From positions 2,147,003 to 2,211,002 of the forward strand of contig MU058065.1 of assembly GCA_013265495.1 (NCBI GenBank): a stretch of 64,000 nt of DNA, in the 5' to 3' direction. A program made the translations under genes and the position numbers. Source of the stretch: Vicugna vicugna. Taxonomy: Eukaryota. The notes under the pieces are model-generated. The model was not told the DNA's origin. It saw nothing but the letters and a program-made list of their open reading frames with translations, and searched no databases. Of the stretch, positions 27,571-41,010 are shown piece after piece. Every line of letters starts with the position of its first letter. The stretch's first letter is position 1.

Positions 27571-27867
27571 TGATTGTGGGTTCATCTCAGCCCTTCTGAT
27601 TTCCTTATACCTTAGCCCTAGCAGCATCCACGTGTGTGATGTGTGTCACTGCCTGGAAATGCCACCTCCTGAGGCATAATGCTCCTTTCCTACCTCGGCT
27701 ACTGTAGCAACTGTGCGATCATGGCCCACGCAGTCCTGGGCACTGGTCTGAGGATTAAGTCCTTAAGAATATTCATTTTTGTGTCATTTCCCGCAAAGGC
27801 ACCACAGAGGACATTCTCTGTTCTAACACTACGGTGGAAAGTGGGGAAAAGCCCCTCAGGCAGGCCA

Positions 27868-29360
27868 TTTCATTAATCAACAAGAATATTTATGAGGTCG
27901 CCAATATACCAAGTACCAGGTGAGGTGTCGAGGAGGATACAGTGACAAAAGGCCTGCCTGTAAGGAGTTGAAATGCCTCTGGAGAGATGGGGTGAGTGCA
28001 ACGTCAGAGACACATGGAAGGTTATCCGGGAGCTCTGGGTGAGGGTGCCTGGACTGTCAGAGCAGGAGGGGGTGGTTGCTAAGCCAACTTGGAAGAAATT
28101 AGCTTCAGATGAACTTGAGCAGAGAAGCAGGGATTATTCAGGCAAAATGGAAATGTGTATTCCACACAGAAGGTTTAGCATTATCAAAAGCAAGGAGGAA
28201 GAAAAGAGTGTGATGTATTCATGCCAGTACATGCTGTTCGGCGTTACTGGAAATGCGAGAAGATGAACTTAGAGAGGCAGGAAGGCAGGCTCTAACTCCC
28301 AGACCATCTTGTATGCAACATGGTACAAGTTTCTCTTTAGACTGAAGACAGTGGGGAAACCATCAAAGGGTTTCAGTCCATGACACAATCAAATTTGTGT
28401 CTGTAGATAGAGTACTCTGGAAGCACTGTGAAAGAAAGTTTTAAGGAAGGGTAAAGAGAAGTGGAGGGACCAGATAGGATTCTACTAAAGTAATCAAGGG
28501 AGAAATAATAATAGCCTGTACTAGGGTGGGGTAAGGGAGATGGAGAGAAATTACTAAATAACAATCAAAAGAGGAGGTCTGATGTTTGACTGAGTGGGAG
28601 GATGAGGGTAAGAAAGCCATCGTGGATGACACCTGGCTTCCTAGTGTGGGCCGGGGTAGATGGTGCTGCAAACCAATGAAAGTGAATGTGTATGAGAAGC
28701 AGGTTTGGGGATATGCTATGCTGTAGACAGCTGAGGGCACTGTGTCTGGGGATATCTGAGTGGGGAAGTCAGACAGACAGTTGACTATAGGAATCAGTCT
28801 CCCGGGAAAGGTCTGGCCTGAGAGATCTGGGCGGACAGCTTTGGCGTGTAAGGCACAGTTTAAATCACAAGAGTGCCCTGGATCACTCAGATGGAGCTTG
28901 TAGGAGAAGAGAGCAGTGATCCAAAAGCAAAGCATTAAGGGCTTTCAGAAGACGCCATTAAAGGAAGGAGGAACGCCGGGGTGGGAGGATGGCAAGGAAG
29001 CCGAAGGCTGAGAGAGCCCAGTAAAGAGTGTGGTCCATGGTTTCCCCTTTGGGTGTAACAGAAAGGCCTTACATGATAAGGGTTGCAAACGGTTTTTGTA
29101 GTAAAACAGAAATGTCTTTGGTGACCTTACTGAGAGTTGTATCCGAATAGCGGGAAATGAGTAAGATTTTAGAGTCAATGGGACATAAAGAAAGAGAAAT
29201 GCTGATTTGGACTTCTGTGTGGAGTTTGGATGACAAAGGGAGTACAGGTGTTGGACAGTTCCTGGCTGTCAGAGAATGTAAAGGAGGTTTTATTATTTTT
29301 GCTTAGCATCAGAGATTTGCATGCTTCTCTTGGCTACAGGAAGAGATCCAGTAAAGGAGA
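27868..29360 (-). mobile_element. L2 LINE (3' end through the RT region)
   Basis: Antisense L2 blocks (gatgacacctggcttcctagtgtggg). The minus-strand ORF 28441-28935 contains IVNCLSDFPTQIS, resembling L2 ORF2 ISNCLLDISTWMS. Confidence 0.75.
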
Positions 29361-29924
29361 AACATCAACTTCAAATTTCTCAACAAAGGCAGGGAATCTT
29401 CTGTGACCCAGGGACTGGAAGTGAACTGTGACCTGTGGGGTCACTTTTGAGGGGAAGCGAACGGAAGAGGACCAAGAACCAGTAAAGGACTTGATGACAC
29501 CCTGGGATCAGAGTCCTCTGCTGACACCTTAACTATGGAGCTGGAGCCCCATGCTCCATTACGGACTTTCTGGATTTCCATGTCTTTCTATCTTAATCTT
29601 CAAAACAGTCTGCCCGTGGGTCCCCATCATTGGACTCTTTCCACTTGTTGGCACCCTTTTGCACGTTGTGTGACCTCATCCGTGTCTTCTGAACAACTTT
29701 CTACAATTGACGCTGTTACATACTGTCATTTTCTCCAGATAAATTGTTCTGCCTGTCACACTGGGATTCTCTGCCTCCCGCACGCAGGCTCACTCTACCC
29801 AACCTGACCGTCAATGGTTAGGTTCCCAGTCTTCACATCCCCTGGTCTGCTGCGACGTGATCTATCACAGCCAGTCAGCTCTGCAGACAGAAAAAAAGCT
29901 AAGCAATGTAGGAGTGAAGAAAGC

Positions 29925-30443
29925 TGAGGTAGGCAGTTTCCCAGAAGCTCCCCAGTAATCCTTACCTCTTGCTATTCACACGTTTGCGCAGTTCCCTCCC
30001 ATATTATTCTGGGGTTGGTATGTGTGACCACAGAATATGCAGAAGTGATGGTACGTCACTTTTGAGGCTCGGTCATTAAAGACTTTGTGGCCTCTATCTT
30101 TCTCTCTGTGGCCCCTGCCTATGCTCAAGCGCAGCCAGCCGCCCTGTTAAGACCCTTCCATAGCCCTGGACATAGGGCTATGGAGGGGAGAACAGAGGGC
30201 TCCTGCCAACAGCCCTGTGAGTGACCCTTCCTGGAAGCAGACCCCCCAGCTCCTCTAAGCCTTTAGCTGGTGGCAGCTCTGGCTGACATCCTGACTGCAG
30301 CCTCATGAGAGACCCAGAACAAGAACCAGCCAGCTGCGCCAGTTCTGAATTCTTGACCACTGAAACTGAGATAATCAGTGGTCATTTTTTTTATGCCATT
30401 ACTTCTGGGCATAATTTGCTATGCTGCAATGGATAGCTAATAG
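29925..30443 (+). mobile_element. MLT1F-like ERVL-MaLR solo LTR
   Basis: tgtgtgaccacagaatatgcagaagtgatgg...ctcctgccaacagcc...gctgacatcctgactgcagcctcatgagagaccc...taatttgctatgctgcaatggatagctaata. Confidence 0.75.
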
Positions 30444-30544
30444 TTCTTCCTTGCTCCTCCCCTTGAAGAAGTGATGCTGATCCGATTGGCTAGATTTCAA
30501 GATACGGATTGGATTATGTTTACTGGTGAATGAGGTCCTTGGTA

Positions 30545-30900
30545 CCCGGTCAACCAGCACTTGCTGAGTTTCTACCATGAGCCAAGTACCATTTTAGGGG
30601 CTGGAGATACGGCAATGGATAAGACGGTGCCTCTGACATTCTACCAGGTGGAGGCAGGCAATAAGCACACACACACTTTGTCAGTAAGTGCTATCAAGAG
30701 GACGAAACAGGCTCATATGTGGAGAGGGCCAAGGATGATGCTTTGGTTGGGATGGGTTAGCAAGAGTTCTCAGAGGAGGGGACATCGAAGTTAGGACCGG
30801 AAGCTGAGGCAGAAGTGACTTTCTTGGGCAAGAGCACTACTAACAAATGCAAGGTCCAGAGAGAGAAAAGAACTTGGTGTATTTTAAGGCTGGAAAGAAG
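30545..30900 (-). mobile_element. L2 3' fragment
   Basis: caaccagcacttgctgagtttctaccatgagccaagtaccattttaggggctggagatacggcaatggataagac. Confidence 0.7.
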
Positions 30901-32630
30901 GCCAGCAGTGAAAAAGCAGGAGGGAGCCGAGAGATGTATCACTGAATTACATGTCTCCCCACTTTCCCCCATTTTTGCTGGCTGGGTCAGCCAAGGCAGA
31001 GTCTGAGTTCTTGAATAGACCGTGCCATCTGGCCCCTCCTCTTCTCCGCACAGATCTGGGGTGGGGAGGGCACGGCTTCCAAGCTTTTGCAGCGTGCTTC
31101 ACTGTGGACTGATTGAGCCGTGGGGCAATTTGTGATAAAAGGGTAAATGGGTCCGCTTTTTTTTTTTTTTTTTGCCCCCTGAGAACCCTGGAGAAGGAAG
31201 GATGTTTGAGCTGCAGAGAGAATCCAGCTATTCCTAGAGGCTTCAAGCACTGCCAAATACCGACCACCAATGCCTGCTATGGGAAGCTGGCAAATGATTG
31301 AGAAAATGTTTGTATCAAAACTAAGACCATAAGCTTAGAATAAGGGGCAGAAAAAGGTAACAGAAGAAGGATATGACCCAATTCCCACCTCAAGTGTGTC
31401 AGGAAGAATCTTCCTGGGCTTGCCTTAGATGCTTGGACCTGGGCATTAAATTCAGAACAGCTGTGCTTTTCATGTTTACAAATATAAAAATTTCCAGAAT
31501 GCTCCATTTTAAAATGTATAATGGAAGGCTGTTGATGAGACGTGATGTAACCATGCCCATTTGTAACTCTTTAGGTTTTCATTAAAGATCCAATCATCTA
31601 TGAATTTGCTTTTGGGAGAGAGGAGCCAAAATCCTCCTGTTCAAGGAATGGGCAAATACCAGAAAACATGTCAGGAATTCCAGACTGGATAACGTTGTGA
31701 AGATGCAAGACATGACAGGAAATAACAGGCAGTGAATACAAAAGTGACTTAGCAGATGCTCCAGAGAGCTCCAGCGATGGGACGAGAGCATCGCTCTTTG
31801 GCATTAGCCAGATAGGTCAAAAATAGCACTAAATTCCTGCAAAGGCTTTGGGTGGGTGGCAGAACTTCACGATAAAATGGAGTGAGAATAGGTTTCTGTG
31901 ATCCCTGTCTACCAAATCACCTTGAAGGCTGAAAGTCAGAAAACCTTGTAGATTAGAAACAGAATAAGAATTACCTAGGGGAGTGTGATTGAAGAAAAAG
32001 CTGGCTCTGAGAAGATTTCTGAGCCACATGAAAATGGATGGGATTTTTAAAGTTCAATGACTTTTTTTCAAAACCAAAAGTGAATCAGCCTGGTCAAATG
32101 AGTAGGAAGCCACTGCTTAAAAAAAAATAAAGAACTTGGTTAAGAAAGATTGCTTGCATTCCTTGGTCTTCTTCCTGTTTTCTTTGTAGTACTTTGTTTT
32201 GCATGGGAATTTGATCTCACAATAGGACTTTGATTATATGTGGTGCCAAAACGTGTATCCCCTTGGTCTGCTGATGGGAGAGTGGTCAGGCCTGGGGGAG
32301 GGTGGAAAGGCAAGAAGGAGAGAACGTTAGAGTCCCTGTGCAAACTGCAGACATTTGTGCAAGAACAAGTGAACACTAATGGAATTTAGTCACCTAAAAA
32401 TCAAGACTATGCAAAAGAGAAAGTCTTAATGATTAAAAATCAATGAATAATTTTATTTTTCCTTTTTATTTCAACCTCCTGTTCCCCACCCCGAGTCTAA
32501 ACCAATGTTCCTTTATCTGTTCATCCACAGCTAATGTAGGATACACCCCATTCTGACATGGAACACCCCTAGTTGCTTGCTATGGTCCTCAGGACCAGCA
32601 CCTTCCTGCCAGGGCTATACTGGAAGCTCT

Positions 32631-33171
32631 TATGGCAGCAGAATTCTAAGAATGACCCCTACAGACTCTTGCCCTTGTATTCTCCCCTTCCTCTTGAGTG
32701 TGGGTAAACCTATGATTATGATGACCATCACTCCATGACTGCTACCAGTGGGCCTGACCCAATCAATGAGCCTTTTAAAAGCGGAGTTTTCTCCATCTGA
32801 TCACAGAAGAGAAAGTTAGAGATCTGAAACATAAAAAGAATATGATGTACTCTTGCTGGCTTGAAGATGGAGGGGGCTGTGTGGCAAGAAATATGAGTGG
32901 CTTCTAGGAGCTAAGAGTAGCCCCTGGCTCAGAACCAGCAAGGAAAAAGGGACCCCAGTTCCCAGGGAACTGAATCTGGCCAACAACCCAGATGAACTCG
33001 GAAGTGATTCTTTCCTAGAGCCTCTGGATAAAAGCCCAACCCGGGCAGCACCCTGATTTCAGCTTTGTGCAATCCTAAGCAAAGAACCAGGACTGTGAGC
33101 TAATAAATGGGTATTATTTTAACTTGCTATGTGCATGGTTATTTGTTACACAGCAATAGCAAATGAATACA
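32631..33171 (+). mobile_element. MLT1E-like ERVL-MaLR solo LTR
   Basis: gcagaattctaagaatgaccc...cttgagtgtggg...ttgctggcttgaagatggagg...gtgagctaataaatgg...tttgttacacagcaatagcaaatgaataca. Confidence 0.8.
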
Positions 33172-33179
33172 CTTCCCTG

Positions 33180-33930
33180 CCCGAAGTTCAAGATGACTCT
33201 TACTGGGCTTTCAGTCAAGGTGTGGCTAGAGCTGCATCCCTTCTGGAGGCTCTAACTGAGAATGTGCTTCCTGCCTTTTCCAGCTTCCAGAGGCTGCACA
33301 CATTCCATGGCTCATGGCATCCTTCCAGCAATCACATTTTTTTGACCTCAGCTTCCATCATCACTTCTCCTTCTGTGATTTTGCCCCTCCTGCTTCCCTC
33401 CCTTACTTATAAGGACCCACCCAGATAATATAGGATAATCTCCTCATATTAAAATCCTTAATCTAACAATCAAAAACAGTCAAAGTCATAGAAACAGAGT
33501 AGGAAAGTCGTTTCCAGGGCCTGCGTGTGGGGAAAAGAGAGAGAGGTTGGTAAAGGGTCTGAACTTTCAGCTATAGGATGAATAAGGCCTGATGATTTAA
33601 AGAAAACATGATGATTTTAGCTGATAATACAACATCATGTAGTTCAAATTTACTAAGGGAGTAGATCTTAAATGTTCTTATCAAAAAAAAAAGATATGTG
33701 AGGTGACGGATGGGTTAATTAACTAGATGAGAGGAATCCTTTCACAGTGGATGTGTATAGCAAATCACTGTGATGTACACTTAAATATCTTGCAATTTTT
33801 TATGTCAAGCTGAAATTAGGAAAAAAAACCTTTACTTACACCTGTGAAGTTCCTTTTGCCATGTAAAGCATGCACAATTTCCGGGGACTGGGAGGTGGAC
33901 ATATTTAGTGGCCCTTCTTCAGCCTACCAT
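33180..33930 (-). mobile_element. MLT1C/D-like LTR split by an L1 insertion
   Basis: ccttctggaggctcta...ccttttccagcttccagaggctgc...ggataatctcc [L1] ccttttgccatgtaa...cagcctaccata. Confidence 0.75.
33460..33828 (+). mobile_element. L1MA9-like 3' UTR fragment
   Basis: tcatagaaacagagtagg...ctttcagctataggatgaataagg...gagtagatcttaaatgttct..., then an A8 tail. Degenerate TSD aaaatccttaa / aaaaaccttta follows TT. Confidence 0.8.
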
Positions 33931-33954
33931 AAGAGGCTTACCTAGCTTTGGTCT

Positions 33955-34143
33955 GTTTTTTTCTTTGTTGCTGTTGTTGGTTTTTTTTTGTTTGTTTGTT
34001 TTTGGGGGTTTTTTAAATTGAAGTATAGTCAATTACAATGTGTCAATTTCCGTGCACAGTACAATGTTCCAGCCATGCATATACATACATATATTCATTT
34101 TCACATTCTTTCTCACTAAAGGTTATTACAAGATATTGAACAT
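33955..34143 (-). mobile_element. Short L1 3' end with a degenerate T-rich tail; no TSD visible
   Basis: aattgaagtatagtcaattacaatgtgtcaatttc...ggttattacaagatattgaacat. Confidence 0.8.
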
Positions 34144-35933
34144 TTAATCATTAACAATTTTTACTACTTGAGAAGGAGTGTAAGACCTTTGGAAAAAACT
34201 TTCTTCCCCAATCATTTGTTTCCTCACTAGTTCCTAAATGCCTATATGGCAAGACCACCCCGTTGTACCAGTCGACAGTCTCTGTAAATAACATTCCCCT
34301 TGACCTGTTCAGCCGGTACAACCATCCTAGGCTACTCTGCTGATGTGTGTTAGACACTGAGATACAACGGCAAGCAAGATGACAAATCTTTGTCCTTATT
34401 TATTGAACACCTGCAGGAGGCCTCGGCTGGTGTCTGAGCATGTGCGTTTTCTAAAGCTCCCCACATTATTTTGATGTGCATTGAAACGTGAGGACCACCG
34501 CAGCCCTCACGCCTGGCACTACCCTGGACTACTGAATGAGAACTTTTGTGAAGGGGAGAGACAGCTATCTTTTGCAAATCTTCCTAGTGTGATCCTCATT
34601 TACATAAAACCTTGGGTTTTCCTGCTTGCAGCATCATGGTCCACAAACTGGTGCCTGGAGGGGATAGGGTACAGGAAGTTATGTTTGACAGGCTGGAGAA
34701 AGGAAAAGTCAGGGCATGGAAACAAGGGAGGCGCTAGAGAGGTACCCATCCTCCAAGACCAGGGGATGGTGAGGAGGGGGAGCAGAGAGAGCATAACTTC
34801 CTCGTTTCCACGAGGAAGTGGGTGTCTAGGGCACGAGGCTAGACTTTAGAGGTATCCGTGTCCACCGGTGAGTGTGGACTCTTCAGTGCTCTTCACAGCT
34901 TAAGGCACCGTCCGTGAGGTATCTCAGGGCCTGATGGAATCTCTCTTCAGAAGGTTAAAGAGAGATGTGTCAGGTGAGGCTGTCCAAATGGGCTGTTCAT
35001 ACCTGTCAAGGCTGTAAAGAGCTAAGAAAGGATTTTTAGAAAACTATTTTCACAGAAAGTAAAAAAAAAAAAGATGAAAAGACTATTAATGACCATCAAG
35101 AGTAAAATCAGCTCCCAGAAGCACCTTAGGGAAAGAGTAAGGGTAAGAGGGAGAAGGTAGGAATCATTCCAAAGGCCAAGTTCGAGGGGACACCCACAGT
35201 GAGAGAGAGGCAGTTGTGGGCTCAAGAGCCCTGATCAAATGCAAAATCCTTTCGAGGTCACCAGTGGAGAGAGACTTGATTCCAGGTACCAAGAGGAAGC
35301 CAAAGGCCAGAGCACTGTCCTGAAAAAGAGAACTATCTATGCTTTGGCTCAAATCCACTGGGCCAGACAGAAAAATTCTGTGGTCCAGTGGATGTCTTCT
35401 CATTGGCTGCATGGCAAACACCATATTGTTTGTCAAGACAACTTTACAACAACATTAAGAGAATTTTTAAAGAAAATATTCACCCATAACACCATCTACC
35501 TAATCTAACAGCTTAATAAAGTCTTCAAGGATAATCTTTTTGAGGACAAACATTTGTGATTATAAGCATCAAACTCATTTTGATTCAGAAATTAGTTATT
35601 TCTTTAAAATATCTCCCTTTCCACATCAAATGTTAAGTCGCCAGCGAATAAATGAGCATTAGATCATGGAGAAAATGTAAAATAAAAGCCAAGTCAAATA
35701 ATGCAAAGAAACAGTTACATTTTTAAATAATCTTAACTATTTTCTTTTCTCTCTATAAAGTGACACACGTCTCTTAGGGGAAAAAATTGAACTTGGATAG
35801 GTGAAAGACAGAAAATAAAAATAACTCGTAATTTCACCCCTGAAATCACATTAGGATTTTGTGTCTGCGTATATTTACACTTACCTTCCCTCATAAATGA
35901 GATCACACCACGCCTATCATTTGTTAAGCTATT

Positions 35934-35941
35934 TGTGTGTG

Positions 35942-35983
<42 letters not shown>
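35934..35983. repeat. (TG)4-TATA-(CA)19 compound microsatellite
   Basis: Seen directly. Confidence 0.95.
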
Positions 35984-35984
<1 letters not shown>

Positions 35985-36229
35985 TACTTTATACAGCTGG
36001 AACATCTTTCTGTGTCAAATATGTTATTTTCCCACCACTTTATCTGAATGCCTGTTTAGTCATATATTGAATGGCTGTTGTGTTTCTCCGGTTCACCATA
36101 AACAGACGATGCATTTCAGAGCAGCAGCTGAGGGCCCCGGTCAACTGCGCTCCCTTGAGAACTGAGAGGTTCATTCTCAAGGTCATCAAAGATGTACTAA
36201 CGTTTATTTAATCCACAGTGGGTTACAAG

Positions 36230-37100
36230 ATATTAAGGTGGTCCAATTGTTTGCTATTTTTTAAAAGGCTGCAAAAATTTTTGTTCTTTTCACATCTCAG
36301 AATATCTTCTAAAATTAAATTCCTCAAAGTATAAAAAAGCTAGGCCAAAGGTTATATACATTAGATAGATGTTACTAATTTGCCCGACAGAGAGACTGAG
36401 CCAATTTGCACTTCTGCCAACAGAATGGGAGACGGCCTGTGTCCTGCAGCCTCACCAATACTGCGTATGGTTCTCTAAAGATCATTGCCAATTTGAGAAG
36501 CTAAAAAATGCTGTTTCACTTTAAATTATGTTCCCTTGATTGCTCATTAAATTCATCATCTTGTTTTTTTGTCCATTTATATTTTTTCTTTATGAATTAT
36601 CTATTCATAATGTTCTATGCCTATTTTTCTGGCAGAAATGTTAAACTTTTATTAATTAATTGATATTTATTATTATATATTAAATTTTTACTGTATAATA
36701 ACAGTGTCAGAGAACCATACACTCTTTGCACATGACGCACATTACCCTCAATCTGCCTTAGACGGTGCAAGTGTTTTTTCCCAGCTTATCATTTATCTTC
36801 TAATCTTGCTTGGGGTGAATTGGTTTTGTTTTGCTTTGCTTAGAAGCCCAGAAGTTTTCAATTTTAATATAATCAAATCTATCCACTCTCCTTTCCCTCC
36901 CATCTTTCTCTCTTTTTCTTAGAAAGGCCCTCTCTACCTCGAGAATATTTAAATATTTACCTATATGTTTTTCTAGAATTGTTGTGGTTCTTCATTCAGC
37001 TGGACTTTATCTTAGTGTAAAATATAAAGAAAGGGTTGAATGTTTATTCACATATACCTAGCTGGTTGTCACAACACATTTTTTCAAATAAATCGTAATT
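36230..37100 (-). mobile_element. Old L1 (L1ME-like) ORF2 3' region
   Basis: ccaatttgcacttctgccaacagaatgggag...cagcctcaccaatactg...ttgccaatttgaga...agaagttttcaattttaatataatcaaatctatc. Confidence 0.65.
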
Positions 37101-37144
37101 TTCTCCTGTTTAAAATGATACTTTTCCCATGCAATAGAGATAAC

Positions 37145-37350
37145 AAACCCTTACTGAATGATGACTGTATTCCAGAAACCATGCTAAGTGCTTTCCACGG
37201 ATTAACCCATGTCATCCTCACTCCCTAAGTTGCTATTATGGCCTTTTTGCGGAGGAGAAGACGGTCACAGAGTTCGGCGATCACAAGCTGAGAGGAGACA
37301 AGCTGGGAATCACGCTCCATTAGGCCAGCCCCAGAGCGCAATCTCTTCAA
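37145..37350 (-). mobile_element. MIR SINE
   Basis: ttactgaatgatgactgtattccagaaaccatgctaagtgctttccacggattaacccat. Confidence 0.65.
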
Positions 37351-38149
37351 GTTCCCCCCCAAACTGCCTCTCCAATTTTTAATCTACCCTTCTGTTTATT
37401 TTTCAATTTTATATTCTATTCATTTGTTTTTTCCTTAACTTGTCACATCGCTTTTACAAGTTTATAATATATTTTACTCTCTGGATGGGTGAGTCCCTAT
37501 GAATCAGTCCCTTATCTTGTTCTGTACACCAAAGATGAGACCAACAGGAGGACCATGGCCACAGTTCTAGTGCTGGAACCACAGGCCCCCTGTCTTATAC
37601 TCCTTCAGACATTTGAGGTTGGAAGCATTAGGGGCATTCTGCTAAGTATCACTCCGACTTCCTAGAAAGGCTTTGAAAGTCAGTTTGTGAAGCCTTGCTC
37701 AGTCAGGGCCTCGCTCTGCTATGTCTGCATTAAATTTCCCTGACCTTCTGGGAATGCAGGTACTGACTTCTCTTGTTCTGATATAGTCATTTTAATGGTA
37801 ATTTGGGAAGTACATGCATTGGTTCAAAACAGAGTCTTGAGCTGGACCACAGTTATCATTTCTTAAGTCCAAAAATGTGTTTAAATGTTGCCTATATCTC
37901 CTCTATTCTGAAGCCTCTCTTGTTTAAAGAAAGCCCCTGTCAACTTCACCTCAGCTACTTCTTGGTGCCCTCTTCGCTCCCCTCCAGCTCATTCTGGCTG
38001 TGGTCAGCACGCCTCTCTCCCCTCCACTCCCATCGGCCCTCCAGGAGAACACCCGACCCTTCAGGGAGACCTCCACTCGCCCACTCTCCCCCACGTCTCC
38101 GACACTCACCCACTGAGCTCTCCTGCGGCCTCTGGTAACTCTGAGGATT

Positions 38150-38390
38150 ATGACGAAAGACCACATTCCAATAAAGAGCAAATGAGTTCTGGCCAAACCG
38201 AGTTCTCATGGGCCATGTGCTTTTGAAAACATCCGACCTTGTTACCAAAGCAGGACGTGATTCATTCCCAAGCAGGAGCCCTCTCGGTTACACGCACCAG
38301 GGAAGGAGAGCTCGGGCCAGATGCAACAAGCTTGCGAACAACCGCACAAAGAGCGTGCATTTTCACGGAATGTGCCCTATGACGTTACTT
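38150..38390. promoter_or_regulatory. Candidate TEAD/RUNX/AP-1 enhancer
   Basis: RUNX GACCACA 38159-38165 and AACCGCA 38340-38346; TEAD CATTCC 38164 and 38263, GGAATGT 38367; AP-1 variant TGATTCA 38258; TGACG half-sites 38151 and 38380; CpGs locally retained. Confidence 0.4.
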
Positions 38391-40764
38391 ACACAGAGAG
38401 GCTGTCTTCTACCTTCAGTTTGCTTAGGACTGTGATGAAATTAGCTTCTACCTCTTGAATTCCTATCGGTTTGCAAGGCAGCGGGTGCTGGGGGCAAGCT
38501 GGGTGGTGGTGATGTTGATCCGGGATTTTACATGTCTTGCAACATACTAATAACCCCAACAAGGTGATGATTAAAAAAGAAAATTGATGATTAAAAGGAG
38601 AAACTTGCCAGAATTCAACAGAAAGGCTTTCCAGGCATTGTCAACTCTGCCAAAAACAAACACCCCATAGCACTTAAACCATAGTGCCTGGAACACACTG
38701 GACTCTAAGTGTTACTTTCATATGGAGAGAGAATATATTTTTTAAATGCAAAAGAAGTCATATGAGCCTTGTAAAGTTAATGGTTAAAGACCTAACGTCT
38801 CAGGGCTGAATGATTTTTGAAAAATGAATCAGCTGTTAATGAAACTCACTGGAAAACTTGGGGCTTTCTTGGGCTTTGTACTATGTTTTAGGGAAGAAAT
38901 TAAATAAAAAGAGAAATCCAAGTGCTCATCTGGAGATTTATTAATTTGTCAATTACATAATTTCCTTTTAAGAACCATGTTGTGTCTTACAAGACCTTAA
39001 AGGCTCTGTGCCTACGTGCAAGTCCTTGTCTTTCCATGTGATGTGAAGGTATTTTAGATACTACGGGCTGTTGGAATGAGGCTGTTTCTCCCACACCCCA
39101 CTTTCTGCTGACATTTTTCTACCACCAAAACACAAGCACACCTAAGGACACACACACCCAGCATACCAATGTCTACAGCAAGGCATTTTTATAAAAATAC
39201 TTGATTGGATTCAACCGGATTTTCTTCTTCTTACAACTCAGTTTTGAGAGTCTAGATACAGCCAAACTCAAATCCACTCTCGTTTGCATTTATACCCTAT
39301 GATATGATTTAGTAGATAATGGATTGTTGTCCACTACTGTAATCCTGGGTGAAAATTGGTGTCACTGCCAGCACACATAAATCAAGGGGAAACCACATTG
39401 CTCTCAAGTGAAGTTCATTCAATATCACATTTGCAATTGAATTTATACATAGGTTTTAGAAAGTTTTCTCTTTTATTTTTGTAAATTGGTGTTCATCAGA
39501 GAGAGGCAATGTTATCCACACACAGAGTACTCCAGTGGCTTTAACCATTCACTCTCAACGGACTCTTGTTGGCAAGTGGTCCTTCAAAGGAAGATCTGTT
39601 CTATTTAATTTTATTCTGGTTACAAAAGCCTTGATGTAATACCTCAATTTTGTTTTTTTCTGTGAAGTGCATGCATTTTAAGCACTGTTTAACATCAGTA
39701 GAGTCAAGAACAAGACTCTTTTTTTCATTTTGTAGAATTACAGAGGTTCCTCATAATTTCTAATGATTTTCTCCTTTTATAAAATTAGGAGTGCCTTCTA
39801 CAAAACAATTATACAAAGCCTTGACCCTGGGTCTTTCTCACATGCTCTACCTGAATTTACTTCTATGAGGCAGCCCTCTTTCAAGACAATAAGCAAGGCA
39901 TTCAATAATTCCTCGAACTTAGCTCCTAAAAAATTCATAGCTGGGGCTCTTACAATGAAGACACTTTGCCACAATCTCACTACATTTGGAACATTTTGTT
40001 AAGATTTTATTGTTTTCAAATTCAGAGACATAAAATCTCAAAAAAAAAAGTGGTAATAAGTTCCAAAGTAAACCTTATTCAGTAGGATATTCTTAGTACA
40101 TTTTTTTTTCAAAATCTTAAATTTACTTTTATTTTATTTATTTGAAAAGAGAAGCAAAACACAGGTTTCTCTAGGACTGAAGAACTAGAAAATCATAGGT
40201 TTTAAAGCTAGAAGGTAATTAAATTTTAAATTAATCCCTTCATTACATTACAGATTTGCTGAGGTGAAGCCCTGTTAAAAAAAAAACGATTTCATAAAAT
40301 ATCCCTTAAATCATTTGTCTTATGTAAATATTGTTTATAAATATTTATTTGCCTGATTTTCCCATGGTACTTATGTACACTGTCTTCATTGAGCTCGCCA
40401 CCCCAACACAAGTGCTACCTACCATCCTGGTCTGGTCACCGTTAGGGGTAAGTGCTAGTTCACACCATCGCCTTTTTGGAGGACTTCTTATATGCTGGGT
40501 GGTTCCAGAAACATCTGTGTGAGGCTGTACCCAGAAGAGCTCGAAATTATTCATGGTGTGGTTTCTAGATGGCTGTGATTCCCAGAACGGTTTAGGGAAC
40601 AGAAGTACAGGGTTGTGCTTCGAGGCAGTTTGGCTTCATTTACTGACAAGTTTTTGACTTTGGTTTTGGTTCCATTGGTTAAGTTGTTCATTTGCATCCA
40701 TAATCCCTAAAATTAATCTTGAAAGGAACACAGAAGGGGGCTTTGATGGGAGACTGTTAATAGG

Positions 40765-41010
40765 ATGCCCGATAAAGTACAAAGATTTATGAAGATGAGT
40801 GACAAGATATTCTGGGATTCATATAATCAAATTCTCATGGCATTTGGAAAGATATGCATTTCTTCCCCTCCTCCTGCCACAGAAGGAAAAAAAAAAGATT
40901 TACTTGTTGCTTTGAAGTATCTGTCAGGACTACTCCATGTTTTCCCTTTGTGTATACACATAGCAGACAAGAGAGAGGAGAAAATGAACTCCTTAAGTTA
41001 CAGAAACTTT
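40765..41010 (+). mobile_element. CR1/L3 LINE ORF2 C-terminal relic
   Basis: ORF 40765-41037 DKVQRFMKM...SYNQILMAFG...DLLVALKYLSG parallels CR1 ORF2 ERVQRRATKM...SYEERLRELG...DLIAVFKYLKG. Confidence 0.5.

Noticed and set aside
28441..28935. Longest ORF (164 aa)
   Set aside because: It lies in L2 sense orientation and contains an L2 RT-region remnant; the YADD motif is not intact.
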